Positions 9,505-19,939 of a stretch of DNA of 64,000 bases are shown one piece after another. Below the pieces are notes generated by a model. It was not told where the DNA came from. It saw nothing but the letters and a program-made list of their open reading frames with translations, and did not search any database. Position numbers and translations under genes: made by a program. The stretch is from the NCBI GenBank assembly GCA_016218805.1, contig JACRCW010000065.1:94040-158039 (forward strand), given 5' to 3'. Origin of the DNA: Deltaproteobacteria bacterium (GTDB lineage: Bacteria; Myxococcota; JACRCW01). Numbering within the stretch: the stretch's first letter is position 1; every line of letters starts with the position of its first letter.

Positions 9505-10008
9505 TCACCGATCTGAGTACTCGCGCGAACGCTGCCGCGGCACCATGAACGGGTCCTCGCCCTCCCACAGCTGCCCGCGGATGCGGCCGCGCGCCGTGGA
9601 CCGGTCCTGGGCCACGTTGCCCATCCACTTCTCTCCGGTCCACGCACCGGCCAGCGCCAGGAAGAACGCAATGCCCCCGCCCACCAGCAGCTTGCCCATG
9701 GACATGTTCATCCACGGCGTGGGCATGAACACTGACATCAGCATGGAGATGAACACGGACACAAACGCGCCCACCGCCGGCTCCGCCAGCCGCACGCCCG
9801 GCGAGATCACCCCCACCGCACACCCGCCCAAGAAGAAGCTGGCCAGGTGCATCCCCGTCATCACCCGCAGGTGCAGCATGGGGGACACGTACGTCCCCAC
9901 AATCAGCGGCCCCAGGAACTTCCCCAGCAGGATCTCCGCCGCGGTGTACAGGCCCACGCTGGCCACGCACCAGGCTACCGAGAACTCCTTCGACGACGGT
10001 TCGGACAT
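9505..10008 (-). CDS. hypothetical integral membrane protein
   Basis: ATG at 10008 with GGAGG 8 nt upstream. Four hydrophobic segments. Confidence 0.5.
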   Translation of the reverse strand: MSEPSSKEFSVAWCVASVGLYTAAEILLGKFLGPLIVGTYVSPMLHLRVMTGMHLASFFLGGCAVGVISPGVRLAEPAVGAFVSVFISMLMSVFMPTPWMNMSMGKLLVGGGIAFFLALAGAWTGEKWMGNVAQDRSTARGRIRGQLWEGEDPFMVPRQRSREYSDR

Positions 10009-10030
10009 ACGGGCCTCCGCGCCACCCAGA

Positions 10031-10720
10031 TCAGTCCTGCCCCGCGCCCTCAACCTCAAAGCCCGGCTTGAGCAGGATGTACTTGCCATCCATCTCAATG
10101 AGGCCACGGCGCTGGAATTCATTGAGCGCCCGGCTCACCGTCTCGCGTGAGGTGCCCACCATGGCGGCAATGTGCTGCTGCGTGGGGCGCTCGCGGATCT
10201 CCAGGCCGTCCTCGCGTTGCACGCCGTCATGCTTGCCCAGGTCCAGCAGGAACCGCGCCACGCGGCCGTACACGTCCAGCAGCGCCAGGTTGCCAATGCT
10301 CTCATCCGCGCGGCGCAGGCGCCGGCTCAACTCCGCCAGGATGGGGATGGCCATCTGCGGGCCGCCGCGCAGCACCTGGTGGAACGCGTCCCGGGACAGC
10401 ACCAGCGCGCGCGTGGGCTCAATGGCGCGGACGTTGGCGCTGCGCGGCTGGTTGTCCAGCAGGCTCATCTCGCCAAAGAAGTCCCCCTCCTTGAGCACGC
10501 TGAGGATCACCTCGCGGCCGCTCTCGCCGTACAGCACCACCTTCACCTTGCCCGCGCCAATGATGAACAGCGCGTCCCCGGGGTCCTCCGCGCCGACGAT
10601 GAGCGCGTCCTTCTCAAACGACCGCTCCACGGTGCCGGCGGCCAGGACGTCCAGCTCCTTGTCCGACAGCGCGGCGAAAATGGACACCTTCCTCAGCAAC
10701 TCGCGGTGATTGGCCATCAT
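10031..10720 (-). CDS. Crp/Fnr-family transcriptional regulator (cNMP-binding plus HTH)
   Basis: cNMP-binding '[11 protein letters not shown]'. C-terminal HTH '[17 protein letters not shown]'. Start at 'MMANHREL'. Confidence 0.8.
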   Translation of the reverse strand: MMANHRELLRKVSIFAALSDKELDVLAAGTVERSFEKDALIVGAEDPGDALFIIGAGKVKVVLYGESGREVILSVLKEGDFFGEMSLLDNQPRSANVRAIEPTRALVLSRDAFHQVLRGGPQMAIPILAELSRRLRRADESIGNLALLDVYGRVARFLLDLGKHDGVQREDGLEIRERPTQQHIAAMVGTSRETVSRALNEFQRRGLIEMDGKYILLKPGFEVEGAGQD

Positions 10721-10865
10721 GTCTGCCCCATGCGAAACGCGCCGCCCGGCCACCGGTGCGGGGGGCCGAAGCCTAGCGCGGACCGCTGCCCGCCGTCCCC
10801 TGCCGCGGCAGGTGCACGGCGCAACGGTTGGGGCTAAGGAGCCCCGGCCCCCACGCGGGAACCCC

Positions 10866-11066
10866 ATGCAGCTCACCGTCAACGGCGAACCCCGATCCTT
10901 CGACCGGCCCCTGACCGTGGCCGAGTTTGTGTCCACCCTGGGCCTGGGCGCCGAGCGGGTGGCCATTGAGCTCAACCGCGCCGTGGTGCCGCGCCGGGAC
11001 CACGCCACCACCGCGCTGCGCGAAGGTGACGTCCTGGAAGTGGTCACGTTTGTGGGCGGGGGCTGA
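10866..11066 (+). CDS. thiS: sulfur-carrier protein ThiS
   Basis: 66 aa ending in -GG. 'MQLTVNGEP…' matches the ThiS/MoaD fold. Lies directly upstream of thiG. Confidence 0.7.
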   Translation: MQLTVNGEPRSFDRPLTVAEFVSTLGLGAERVAIELNRAVVPRRDHATTALREGDVLEVVTFVGGG

Positions 11067-11075
11067 GGAGAAAGA

Positions 11076-11877
11076 CGTGACAAGCGCCGCCTTCCACGAC
11101 GATCCGCTGGTGCTGGGGCCGTACTCCTTTGGGAGCCGGCTGTTGGCGGGAACCGGCAAGTTCAAGGACAACGCGGAGACGCTGGAGGCGCTGACCGCCA
11201 GCGGCGCCGAGGTGGTCACCGTGGCAGTCCGCCGCGTGAACCTGAAAGCGGGGACGGACGGGAACCTGTTTGACCTGCTGTCCGGGCGGTTCCAGCTGCT
11301 GCCCAACACGGCGGGCTGCTTCACGGCGGATGACGCGGTGCGCACCTGCCACCTGGCGCGGGAACTGCTGGGCGAAAAGCACGGCCGCATGGTGAAGCTG
11401 GAAGTCATTGGTGACGCCAAGACGCTGTTCCCCGACGGAGCGGCCACGGTGGAAGCCGCGGCAAAGCTGGTGAAGGACGGCTTCATTGTGCTGCCGTACA
11501 TCACGGATGACCCGGTGCTGGCGCTGCGCTGCCAGGACGCGGGCTGCGCGGCGGTGATGCCGCTGGCGGCGCCCATCGGGTCAGGCCTGGGCATGCGCAA
11601 CCCGTACAACATCCGCATCATCCTGGAGCAGGCCCGCGTCCCGGTGATTGTGGATGCCGGGGTGGGCACCGCCTCGGACGCGGCTCTGGTGATGGAGCTG
11701 GGGTGCCACGGCGTGCTGATGAACACCGCCATTGCGCTGGCCAAGGAGCCGGTGTGGATGGCGGAGGCCATGCGTGACGCGGTGCGCGCGGGCCGGATGG
11801 CATTCAAGGCCGGACGAATTCCACGGAAACTCCATGCTTCCGCCTCCAGCCCGCTTGACGGGCTGGTGGGCACGTGA
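11076..11877 (+). CDS. thiG: thiazole synthase ThiG
   Basis: GTG start with GAGGAG RBS. 'KLEVIGD…LPY…VMPL(A)APIGSG(L)G…[11 protein letters not shown]'. Confidence 0.85.
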
Positions 11878-12707
11878 GCGCGACGATGCACCTGACGACC
11901 CTCCTCTCCCACAGCGTGTTCTTTCTCCTGGCCCAGGCGGAGGGCGCTCCGCCACCGGCGGAAGCGGCCCCACCGGCGGCCGTGATGCCGGACCCCGCGC
12001 CCGCCCCGGCGCCGGAGATGGCGCCCGCGCCGGCCATGCCGCCGACGACGGAAGCGGCACCCGCGCCCGGTCCCGTGGCGGCGCCCGGCAACCCGCGCCA
12101 CTGGCGTCTGTCCAAGGTGGAAGTGCCCGGCAGCGGGGGCGCCCGCCTGGAGGTCCGCGTGCTGCGCGCGGATGAGACCGCGGTCAGCCTGGGTGAAGGG
12201 CTGGCCGACGTGGGCGACACCAAGAAGCTGCAGGACCGCGCCGCGCGCCTGGATGACAGCCAGACGGGTTGGCAGGCCATCCTGGGCCGCGTGGTGGTCC
12301 TGGGCGTGGGCGGCAGTCTGACGGTGGCGGGCCTGCTGGCGGCCGGCCTGGGCGCGGGTTTCTGGGCGTGGTCCAGCGGTGGCCTGCCGGACAGCCTGCC
12401 GGCCCAGGTGTCATCCATCGTCGTGTCCGGGCCGTCCATCCTGCTGACCGGGCTCATTGCCGCGGCCATTGGGTTGTTCACGGTGGTGACCACGGCAGCG
12501 TTGTGGGCGTGGTTCATGTTGCGCGGCCCGCCGCCGGCGGACCCCGCGGTGGTGCAGGCCCTGGGCGCCGCGCTGGCGTGGGAGGAGAAGGAAGCGCTGG
12601 ACGTGGTGCGCCGCCACAATGAGCGCATGGACACCGAGGACCGCGGTGCGGCCGCCGGCATGCAGCCGCCGGTTGCCGAGACGCCTGCTCCGGCGCCTGC
12701 GCCGTGA
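11874..12707 (+). CDS. hypothetical membrane protein with Pro/Ala-rich ends, paralog A
   Basis: Signal/TM segment, then two TM helices, then the conserved tail '[20 protein letters not shown]…VVRRHNER'. Four-bp overlap with the thiG stop. Confidence 0.5.
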   Translation: MSATMHLTTLLSHSVFFLLAQAEGAPPPAEAAPPAAVMPDPAPAPAPEMAPAPAMPPTTEAAPAPGPVAAPGNPRHWRLSKVEVPGSGGARLEVRVLRADETAVSLGEGLADVGDTKKLQDRAARLDDSQTGWQAILGRVVVLGVGGSLTVAGLLAAGLGAGFWAWSSGGLPDSLPAQVSSIVVSGPSILLTGLIAAAIGLFTVVTTAALWAWFMLRGPPPADPAVVQALGAALAWEEKEALDVVRRHNERMDTEDRGAAAGMQPPVAETPAPAPAP

Positions 12708-12740
12708 TCCAGCTCGCCCGGGCGTGACGGGACGGGGGAC

Positions 12741-13496
12741 ATGACACCGCGGAAGGGCCGCATGGCCGCGTCCACCGCGGCGTGCGTGGTGACGTCGCTG
12801 TGGGCGGCCGTGACCGCGCGCGCGGACGGCGCGGCACCCGTGGACCCCGCGGCGCAGGCGCGCGTGGCGCCTCGGTTGTGGCGGGTGGAGGCGCCGCCTG
12901 AGGTCACCGGGCGGGTCCGCGTGCTCACCGCGTTTGGCCGGCCCATCAGCCTGGCGGAGGGATACGACGACGCAGGCCTGTCCACTCGGCTGGTGGAGCA
13001 TGCGCGCCGCACGCAGCAGCAGCAGGGTGGCGTGGACCGCGAATTGCTGCGGCGGGGCGTGGTGCTGGTGGTGGCGGCGGGGATGGGCGCCGCGGGGCTG
13101 ACGGGGGTGGCTGCCGGCGGGACGCTGCTGGTGCTGGGGAGGATCTCACCGCAACCGCCCGCCGTGCTGCGCTGGTTCACGGAGGTCCCGCGGATGGGCC
13201 CCCCCTTGGCCCTGGGCGGCCTGGCCCTGCTGGGCGCCGCCGTCGCCGCGGGTGTGGCGGGTGGGATCCTGGCAGGGCTCTACGTGGTGCGGCCGCCGCC
13301 GCCGGATCCCGCCTTGGTGGACGCGCTGGGCGCAGGCACCGCGTGGGACCCGGCTGACGCGGACGAGGTGGTGCGGGTGCACAACGCGCGGCAGTGGGCG
13401 CAAGCGGGCGTGGCCCCAGCGCCCACCGCGCAGACGCCGCCGCCCGCGCCCGTCCCGCGGAAACCGCCGCGTGGCACCAAGGGGGGCAGGCGGTGA
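12741..13496 (+). CDS. hypothetical membrane protein, paralog B of the preceding gene
   Basis: Same layout. 'RPPPPDPALVDALGAGTAW…VVRVHNAR' aligns with paralog A. Confidence 0.5.
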   Translation: MTPRKGRMAASTAACVVTSLWAAVTARADGAAPVDPAAQARVAPRLWRVEAPPEVTGRVRVLTAFGRPISLAEGYDDAGLSTRLVEHARRTQQQQGGVDRELLRRGVVLVVAAGMGAAGLTGVAAGGTLLVLGRISPQPPAVLRWFTEVPRMGPPLALGGLALLGAAVAAGVAGGILAGLYVVRPPPPDPALVDALGAGTAWDPADADEVVRVHNARQWAQAGVAPAPTAQTPPPAPVPRKPPRGTKGGRR

Positions 13497-14116
13497 ACCC
13501 GGTGGTCTGGGTCCTGACGGACGACGAGGTGGAACCCGCGCGGATTGCGGCGGGCTGGGGGGCGATCACCGCGCGCGTCCCGGGTGGGCGTGCGGGCCTG
13601 TCCATCCGCAACCGCGTTCTGGAAACGCGCGCGCTGCTGGAACTGTGCCGCAACTGCGTGGGGGCGGGCGGCCCTGTCGTCGTCAGCCGGCGGGTGGACC
13701 TGGCGTGCGTGGTGGACGGGCTGGGGGTTCACCTGCCCGCGGGCGGCCTGCCCACCGCGGAGGTGCGGCGCCTGCTCCCCGCCGGGCGGCTGCTGTTGCG
13801 TGCCGCGCATGATGCGGACGAACTGCGCGCTGCCGCCGGTGCAGATGCGGTGCTGGTATCCCCCGTGTTCATGCCGCGTTCGCATGCGCCAGTCCGTCCG
13901 CCCCTGGGGAACGGTGGCCTTGCGCGGCTGGTCCGCTTGACGACGACGCCGGTGGTGGCGCTGGGGGGCATCCGAGCGCAGGACGTCTCCCTGGTGCGCG
14001 CGGCCGGCGCATCCGGAATGGCGGTGATCCGCGAGGCCTGGGGCGCTGCCGACCCGGCGGAGGCGGTGGCCGCGCTGGTTGCGGCGTGGGATGCGGCGGC
14101 GGGCGGATTGGGGTAA
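13493..14116 (+). CDS. thiE: thiamine-phosphate synthase ThiE
   Basis: GTG start overlaps the upstream stop (GTGA). 'VSRRVDLA…DGLGVHLP…LRAAHD…GADAVLVSPVF…VVALGGI'. Confidence 0.7.
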   Translation: MNPVVWVLTDDEVEPARIAAGWGAITARVPGGRAGLSIRNRVLETRALLELCRNCVGAGGPVVVSRRVDLACVVDGLGVHLPAGGLPTAEVRRLLPAGRLLLRAAHDADELRAAAGADAVLVSPVFMPRSHAPVRPPLGNGGLARLVRLTTTPVVALGGIRAQDVSLVRAAGASGMAVIREAWGAADPAEAVAALVAAWDAAAGGLG

Positions 14117-14142
14117 GCGCGCGCGCCGGAGGTACCCCGCCC

Positions 14143-14538
14143 ATGAACTGCAGCGTCGTTGAATCCGCGTCCGCACCCCGGGCCATCGGCCCTTACAGCC
14201 AGGCCATTGAGCTCAAGGTGGGCGATACCCGCATGCTCTACACCTCCGGGCAGATCCCGCTCGACCCGGTCACGGGCAACCTCGTGGAAGGCGGCATCGA
14301 CGTCGCCACCGAGCGCGTGATGAACAACCTCCAGGCCGTGCTGGCCGCCGCCCGGATGGACTTCTCCCACGTGGTGAAGACCACCATCTTCCTGGTGGAC
14401 CTGGCGGACTTTGCCAAGGTGAACGAGGTGTACGGGCGCGCGTTCACCGCGGCGCCGCCCGCGCGTTCCACCGTGCAGGTGGCCGCGCTTCCCAAGGGGG
14501 CCCGCGTGGAGATTGAGATGGTCGCCGCGCGCACCTGA
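14143..14538 (+). CDS. ridA: RidA/YjgF/TdcF-family reactive-intermediate deaminase
   Basis: 'APRAIGPYSQAI…SGQIPLDP…ARVEIE' is the classic RidA signature. Confidence 0.75.
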   Translation: MNCSVVESASAPRAIGPYSQAIELKVGDTRMLYTSGQIPLDPVTGNLVEGGIDVATERVMNNLQAVLAAARMDFSHVVKTTIFLVDLADFAKVNEVYGRAFTAAPPARSTVQVAALPKGARVEIEMVAART

Positions 14539-14685
14539 GCCCGCCGGGCCGGGAGGATCCCCCGCCGCCACCTGGGAGGGCGAGCCTCCCGGCGAGCCAC
14601 GGCGCGCGGTTGTCACGCATGGAAGAAGGACGGACGCGGGCTCGGCAGGAGCCTCGCCCTCCCAGGCCGCCCGCTTGCCGGCGAC

Positions 14686-15702
14686 TCAGATCAGCAGGTT
14701 CTTGTAGGTGTCCAGCTCCTCAAGCACCTTGCCCACGCCGTCCACCACCGCGTGCAGCGGGTTCTCCGCCAGGAACACCGGCAGCCCGCATTCTTCGCTC
14801 AGCAGCACGTCCAGCGCGGCAATCTGGCTGCCGCCGCCGCACAGCACAATCCCGCGGTCAATGATGTCCGCGCTCAGCTCCGGCGGCGTCTTCTCCAGCG
14901 TCGCCTTCACGGCGCCCACAATCGCGCGGATGCAGTCCTGCAGCGCTTCGCGGATTTCCACGCTGGTCACGTTGATGGAGCGCGGCACACCCGTGATGAG
15001 GTCCCGGCCCTTCACCTCCAGGTCCAGTTCCTCCTCCAACGAGTGCGCACTGCCGATCTTCATCTTGATGATTTCCGCCGTCCGCTCACCGACGAGGATG
15101 TTGTGCTTCTTGCGGATGTAGTTGATGATCGCCTCGTCCATCTTGTCGCCGGCCACGCGCAGCGTCTGGAAGCACACCAGGCCGCCCAGCGAGATCACCG
15201 CCACGTCCGTGGTCCCGCCGCCAATGTCCACAATCATGGAACCGCGCGCGTCCTGCACCGGCAGCCCCGCGCCCACCGCGGCCGCCATCGGCTGCTCAAT
15301 GAGGTACACCTCGCGCACGCCCGCGCCCTCTGCGGCCTCGCGCACCGCCTTCATCTCAATGCTGGTGATGCCCGCCGGGATGGAGATGAGCACGCGGCTC
15401 TTGATGAAGTAGCTGCGCTGGTTCACCTTCTGGATGAAGTGCCGGATCATCTGCTCGGTGATCGTGAAATCCGCGATCACGCCGTCACGCATGGGTCGGA
15501 TGGCCACAATGTTGCCCGGCGTCTTGCCCAGCATCTCCTTGGCTTCGCGCCCCACCGCCAGCACCTTGGGCGTCCCGCTGCCATTCTTCACAATGGCCAC
15601 CACGGACGGCTCGTTCAGCACCACGCCCTTGCCACGGACGTGGACCAGCGTGTTCGCCGTGCCCAGGTCAATGGCCAGGTCCGCGCTGAAAAGCCCGAGC
15701 AT
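14686..15702 (-). CDS. mreB: rod-shape-determining actin homolog MreB
   Basis: 'DLAIDLGTANTL…NEPSVVA…DIGGGTTDVAV'. Start taken at 'MLGLFSADLAIDLG'. Confidence 0.9.
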   Translation of the reverse strand: MLGLFSADLAIDLGTANTLVHVRGKGVVLNEPSVVAIVKNGSGTPKVLAVGREAKEMLGKTPGNIVAIRPMRDGVIADFTITEQMIRHFIQKVNQRSYFIKSRVLISIPAGITSIEMKAVREAAEGAGVREVYLIEQPMAAAVGAGLPVQDARGSMIVDIGGGTTDVAVISLGGLVCFQTLRVAGDKMDEAIINYIRKKHNILVGERTAEIIKMKIGSAHSLEEELDLEVKGRDLITGVPRSINVTSVEIREALQDCIRAIVGAVKATLEKTPPELSADIIDRGIVLCGGGSQIAALDVLLSEECGLPVFLAENPLHAVVDGVGKVLEELDTYKNLLI

Positions 15703-15980
15703 CTTGTTCCAGACCACGAATGTCCCCTGTTCGTTGCGCATGCAGGGGCACCCTGCAAGAGGGGCACCAGTGGCGCGAGCGACGGAACGTAGACGTCAGT
15801 CAGGCCACCCCGTCAAGCCACCCCCCGCCCAGACAATGCGCCGCCGCGCCGGACGTCCCCCCGCCCCGGGCGGGGGAGGCCAGCCGCCTTGACGGGAGAG
15901 CCCGTTCGTCTAGCGTCGCCCGCTCCGTCGCGGAGCCCGGGCACGCCGCCCGCCCCGTCGACGGGCGCGCTGCACCCGAC

Positions 15981-18900
15981 ATGATCTCCCCCGAGAAGAC
16001 GCCCTACGCCCCCGTCAGCCACGACGTGAACATCCCCGCCCAGGAGGCCGAGATCCTCGCAGCCTGGGACCAGGGCCACACGTTTCAGAAGTCCCTGGAC
16101 GCCACCCGGGATGCTCCCTTCTACAGCTTCTATGACGGGCCCCCGTTTGCCACCGGCCTGCCGCACTACGGCCACCTGCTCGCCGGCGTCCTCAAGGACA
16201 TTGTCCCCCGCTATTGGACCATGCGCGGCCGCCACGTCCCGCGCCGCTTTGGCTGGGACTGCCACGGTCTCCCCGTGGAATACGAGATCAACAAGGCGCT
16301 CAACGTCCAGGACCGCAAGCAGATCATCGCCATGGGCGTGGACAAGTACAACGAGGCCTGCCGCGGCATTGTCACGCGCTACACCGAGGAGTGGAAGCGC
16401 ACCGTCCGGCGCATTGGCCGCTGGGTGGACATGGACCACGCGTATTTCACCATGGACCCCTCGTTCATGCAGAGCGTGTGGTGGGTCTTCAAGCGCATGT
16501 GGGACCAGGGCCTCATCTATGAGGGCTACAAGGTGGTCCCCTACTCCGTGGGCATCTCCACGCCGCTGTCCAACTTTGAGGCCAAGCAGAACTACAAGGA
16601 CGTGCAGGACCCGGCGCTGACCCTGCTTTTCAAGGTGCGCGGCGAGGAGAACCTGTTCTTCCTGGCCTGGACGACGACACCCTGGACGCTGCCGTCCAAC
16701 CTCGGCCTCGCCGTGGGGAAGGACCTGGACTACGTCCGCGTGCGCGATCCCAAGGACGGGCGGCGCTACATCGTCGCGGAGGCGCTCCGGGGCGCGGTGT
16801 TCGGCAAGCACCCGGTGGAGGAGGAGGCGCGCTTCAAGGGCGCCGAGCTCATCGGGAAGAAGTACGAGCCGCTGTTCCCGTACTTCGCCGCCAAGGAGGC
16901 GGAGGGCGCCTTCCGCGTCATTCACGCAGACCACGTCACCATCGACGCGGGCACCGGCGTGGTGCACATGGCGCCCGCGTTTGGCGAGGAGGATTTCATT
17001 GCCGGCAAGGCCGCCGGGCTGCCCATTGTGAACCCCGTGGACGACGACGGCCTGTTCACCGCCGAGGTGAAGGACTGGGCTGGCCGCAAGCTCAAGGAGG
17101 CTGACCCCGAGATCATTGCGCACCTCAAGGCGCGCGGCATTGTCTTCAAGCACGAGACGATCACGCACGCCTACCCGTTCTGCTACCGCTCCGACACGCC
17201 GCTCATCTACCGCGCCGTGACGAGCTGGTTTGTGAAGGTGGAGGCGATCAAGGCGCGCATCATCGCCGCCAACAAGCAGACCTGCTGGGTGCCGGAGACG
17301 CTGCGGGACGGGCGGTTTGGCAACTGGCTGGAAGAGGCGCGGGACTGGGCCATCAGCCGCAACCGCTTCTGGGGCACGCCGCTGCCCGTGTGGCGCAACG
17401 CCGAGGGCGAGACGATCTGCATCGGCTCCAGCGAGGAACTGGAGCAGCTCAGTGGCACACGCGTCACCGACCTGCACACGCACCACGTGGACCGGATCAC
17501 CATCCCGTCGCAGAAGGGCGGTTCGCCGCTCAAGCGCATTGAGCCGGTGCTGGACTGCTGGTTTGAGTCCGGCTCCATGCCCTACGCGGAGCACGGCTAC
17601 CCGGTCACCGGAAAGGAGCGCTTTGAAAAGGGCTTCCCGGCGGAGTTCATTGCGGAGGGTCTGGACCAGACGCGCGGCTGGTTCTACACGCTGATGGTCA
17701 TCGGCACGGCGCTGTTTGACCGCGCGCCGTTCAAGAATGTCGTCGTCAACGGGCTGGTGCTGGCCGAGGACGGCAAGAAGATGTCCAAGCGTCTGCGCAA
17801 CTACCCGGACCCCAATGAGGTGCTGGACCGCCACGGCGCCGACGCGCTGCGGCTGTACATGATTGACAGCCCGGTGGTGAAGGCGCAGGAACTCCGCTTC
17901 TCCGAAAAGGGCGTGCGCGACGTGGTGCGGCGCATCCTGCTGCGCTGGTGGAACGCGTACAGCTTCTTTGTGAACTACGCGAACATTGACGCGTTTGTGC
18001 CGCGCGGTGACGCCGAGAAGAGCCCGAACATCCTGGACCAGTGGATCCTGTCCAAGACCAACACGCTCATCCACACCGTCAACGAGGAGATGGAGAAGTA
18101 CCGGCTCTACAACGTGGTGCCTGCGCTGCTGTCATTCATTGAGGAGCTGACCAACACGTACATCCGCTTCAACCGCCGTCACTTCTGGGCGGACGGGATG
18201 CCGGAGGACAAGCGGCTGGCGTTTGAGACGCTGTACGAGGTGCTGTTGCAGACGTCCCGCGTGATGGCGCCGTTCACGCCGTTCATGGCGGACAACGTGT
18301 TCCGCAACCTGGCCCGCGTCCGGCCCGGCCTGCAGGAGAGCGTGCACCTGGAGCGTTTCCCCGCCGCGCGCGAGGAGCTGCGCAAGCCCGCCCTGGAAGC
18401 GAGCGTGGAGCGGATGGAGAAACTGGTGGAAATGGGCCGGAACCTCCGCGAGAAGATTGGCGTGAAGGCCAAGATTCCGCTCAGGACTTTGCGCGTGATC
18501 CACCGCAACCAGGCTGTGTTGGAGGACCTCAAGCGGCTGGAGGGGTACTTTGTGGAGGAGCTCAACGTCCGCGAGGTGGTGTACGACGCTGACGAGGCCG
18601 CGCACCTCACGTTTGCGTGCAAGGCGAACTTCCCGCGCCTGGGGCCGCGCCTGGGGCCGCGCATGAAGGTGTTTGCCGCGGCGGTTTCCAAGCTCAGTCC
18701 TGACGAGCTCAACCGCCTGGAGGAGGGCGGCACGCTGACCCTGGAAGGCGAGACCATCACCCGTGAGGACGTGGACATCCGCCGCGCACCGCTGCGCACG
18801 GACGTGGTGCTGGCCTCCACCGGGGCGATTTCCATTGAATTGGACCCCACGGTCACGCGCGAGCAGCAGGTGGAAGGGCTGGGCCGCGAGGTGTTGCGGC

Positions 18901-19127
18901 GCGTGCAGATGGCCCGCAAGAGTGCGCGCCTCAAGCTGGATGACCGCATCCACCTGTCGCTTGCGCTCACCGGCGAACTGCTGGAGGCCGCGCAGGCGCA
19001 CCAGGAACGCATTGCCGCGGAGGCGCTGGCGGTCTCCGTGAAGTTTGAGGCGGAGCCCACCGGCGCGTTTGTGGAGAAGTCCGACGTGGACGGCGACGCC
19101 GTTGGCGTGGGCCTGACGAAGGCGTGA
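15981..19127 (+). CDS. ileS: isoleucine--tRNA ligase, type 2 (eukaryote-like)
   Basis: HIGH-class motif 'PPFATGLPHYGH'. 'KMSKRLRNYPDP'. 1048 aa. Confidence 0.9.
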   Translation: MISPEKTPYAPVSHDVNIPAQEAEILAAWDQGHTFQKSLDATRDAPFYSFYDGPPFATGLPHYGHLLAGVLKDIVPRYWTMRGRHVPRRFGWDCHGLPVEYEINKALNVQDRKQIIAMGVDKYNEACRGIVTRYTEEWKRTVRRIGRWVDMDHAYFTMDPSFMQSVWWVFKRMWDQGLIYEGYKVVPYSVGISTPLSNFEAKQNYKDVQDPALTLLFKVRGEENLFFLAWTTTPWTLPSNLGLAVGKDLDYVRVRDPKDGRRYIVAEALRGAVFGKHPVEEEARFKGAELIGKKYEPLFPYFAAKEAEGAFRVIHADHVTIDAGTGVVHMAPAFGEEDFIAGKAAGLPIVNPVDDDGLFTAEVKDWAGRKLKEADPEIIAHLKARGIVFKHETITHAYPFCYRSDTPLIYRAVTSWFVKVEAIKARIIAANKQTCWVPETLRDGRFGNWLEEARDWAISRNRFWGTPLPVWRNAEGETICIGSSEELEQLSGTRVTDLHTHHVDRITIPSQKGGSPLKRIEPVLDCWFESGSMPYAEHGYPVTGKERFEKGFPAEFIAEGLDQTRGWFYTLMVIGTALFDRAPFKNVVVNGLVLAEDGKKMSKRLRNYPDPNEVLDRHGADALRLYMIDSPVVKAQELRFSEKGVRDVVRRILLRWWNAYSFFVNYANIDAFVPRGDAEKSPNILDQWILSKTNTLIHTVNEEMEKYRLYNVVPALLSFIEELTNTYIRFNRRHFWADGMPEDKRLAFETLYEVLLQTSRVMAPFTPFMADNVFRNLARVRPGLQESVHLERFPAAREELRKPALEASVERMEKLVEMGRNLREKIGVKAKIPLRTLRVIHRNQAVLEDLKRLEGYFVEELNVREVVYDADEAAHLTFACKANFPRLGPRLGPRMKVFAAAVSKLSPDELNRLEEGGTLTLEGETITREDVDIRRAPLRTDVVLASTGAISIELDPTVTREQQVEGLGREVLRRVQMARKSARLKLDDRIHLSLALTGELLEAAQAHQERIAAEALAVSVKFEAEPTGAFVEKSDVDGDAVGVGLTKA

Positions 19128-19128
19128 A

Positions 19129-19506
19129 ATGATCATGGGCGTGGGGACCGACCTGGTGCACGTGCCGCGCATGGCGCGGCTGGTGGTGCGCTGGGAGCAC
19201 GACTTCCTCCGCCGCATCTTCACTGAGAACGAGATTGCGTACTGCAACCGGCACGTGGAGCCGGCGAAGCACTACGCGGCCCGGTTTGCCGCCAAGGAGG
19301 CGTTCTACAAGTCCGTGAGCGGCGGGCACCCGCTGGAACTGGGATTCCTGGATGCGTGGGTGGACAACCCGCAGCGCGCGCCCGTGCTGGGGATGTCACC
19401 CAAAGCGTGGAAATACGCGGTCGCCCGCGGCGCGAATCACTTTGATCTCAGCGTGGCGCATGACGGTGACTACGCGCTGGCGACGGTGGTGGCGTCCGCG
19501 CAGTGA
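19129..19506 (+). CDS. acpS: holo-[acyl-carrier-protein] synthase
   Basis: 'MIMGVGTDLVHVPR…FAAKEAFYK'. 125 aa, directly downstream of ileS. Confidence 0.8.
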   Translation: MIMGVGTDLVHVPRMARLVVRWEHDFLRRIFTENEIAYCNRHVEPAKHYAARFAAKEAFYKSVSGGHPLELGFLDAWVDNPQRAPVLGMSPKAWKYAVARGANHFDLSVAHDGDYALATVVASAQ

Positions 19507-19509
19507 CCG

Positions 19510-19878
19510 TCAGAGCGTCCGCTTGAGCATGATGGCAATGCGGTCCCGGTTGGTCTCTCCCACCCAGCGCCCGATCTCCTGGCCCTGTTTGAACGCGATG
19601 ATGGTGCTCTGCGACGACGCCTTGAAGCGCTTGGCCACGTCCGCCTGGTCATCAAAGTCCACCTTCAGGACCACCACGCCGGCGAACTCCTTCTGCTTGA
19701 GCAGCTCCGTCAGCGCCGCCTCCTGCGCCTTGCACACCGGGCACCACGTGGCCGCCACAAAGACCACCGTGGGTTTCTTCTGCAAGGATGCCTCGGCGTA
19801 GGCCGTGTCCTGAAAGTTCCGCAGGCCTCCGGGGGCCGCCATCCCCAGTGCCAGGGCAAGCCACAATGCGCGGGTCAT
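19510..19878 (-). CDS. secreted thioredoxin-family protein
   Basis: 'WCPVC' active site. Signal peptide 'ALWLALALGMAAP'. GGAGG RBS before ATG 19878. Confidence 0.7.
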   Translation of the reverse strand: MTRALWLALALGMAAPGGLRNFQDTAYAEASLQKKPTVVFVAATWCPVCKAQEAALTELLKQKEFAGVVVLKVDFDDQADVAKRFKASSQSTIIAFKQGQEIGRWVGETNRDRIAIMLKRTL

Positions 19879-19939
19879 CACGCCACCTCCAGCCCGGGGA
19901 CATACGGAATGCGCCGCGCCGCGCAAGGACGGGAGGGTG

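Noticed and set aside
9238-9516. 92-aa plus-strand ORF in the convergent intergenic region
   Set aside because: Pro/Arg-rich with no RBS. It overlaps the hairpin terminators and the 3' end of the minus-strand membrane protein gene.
10721-10865. Possible TPP (THI-box) riboswitch upstream of thiS
   Set aside because: No CUGAGA or ACCUGAUCUGGAUAAUGCCAGCG-like core was recognisable by eye. The region also has to hold the divergent crp-family promoter. An Rfam scan is still worth running.
15813-18074. 753-aa minus-strand ORF
   Set aside because: It lies entirely inside ileS on the opposite strand. No motifs.
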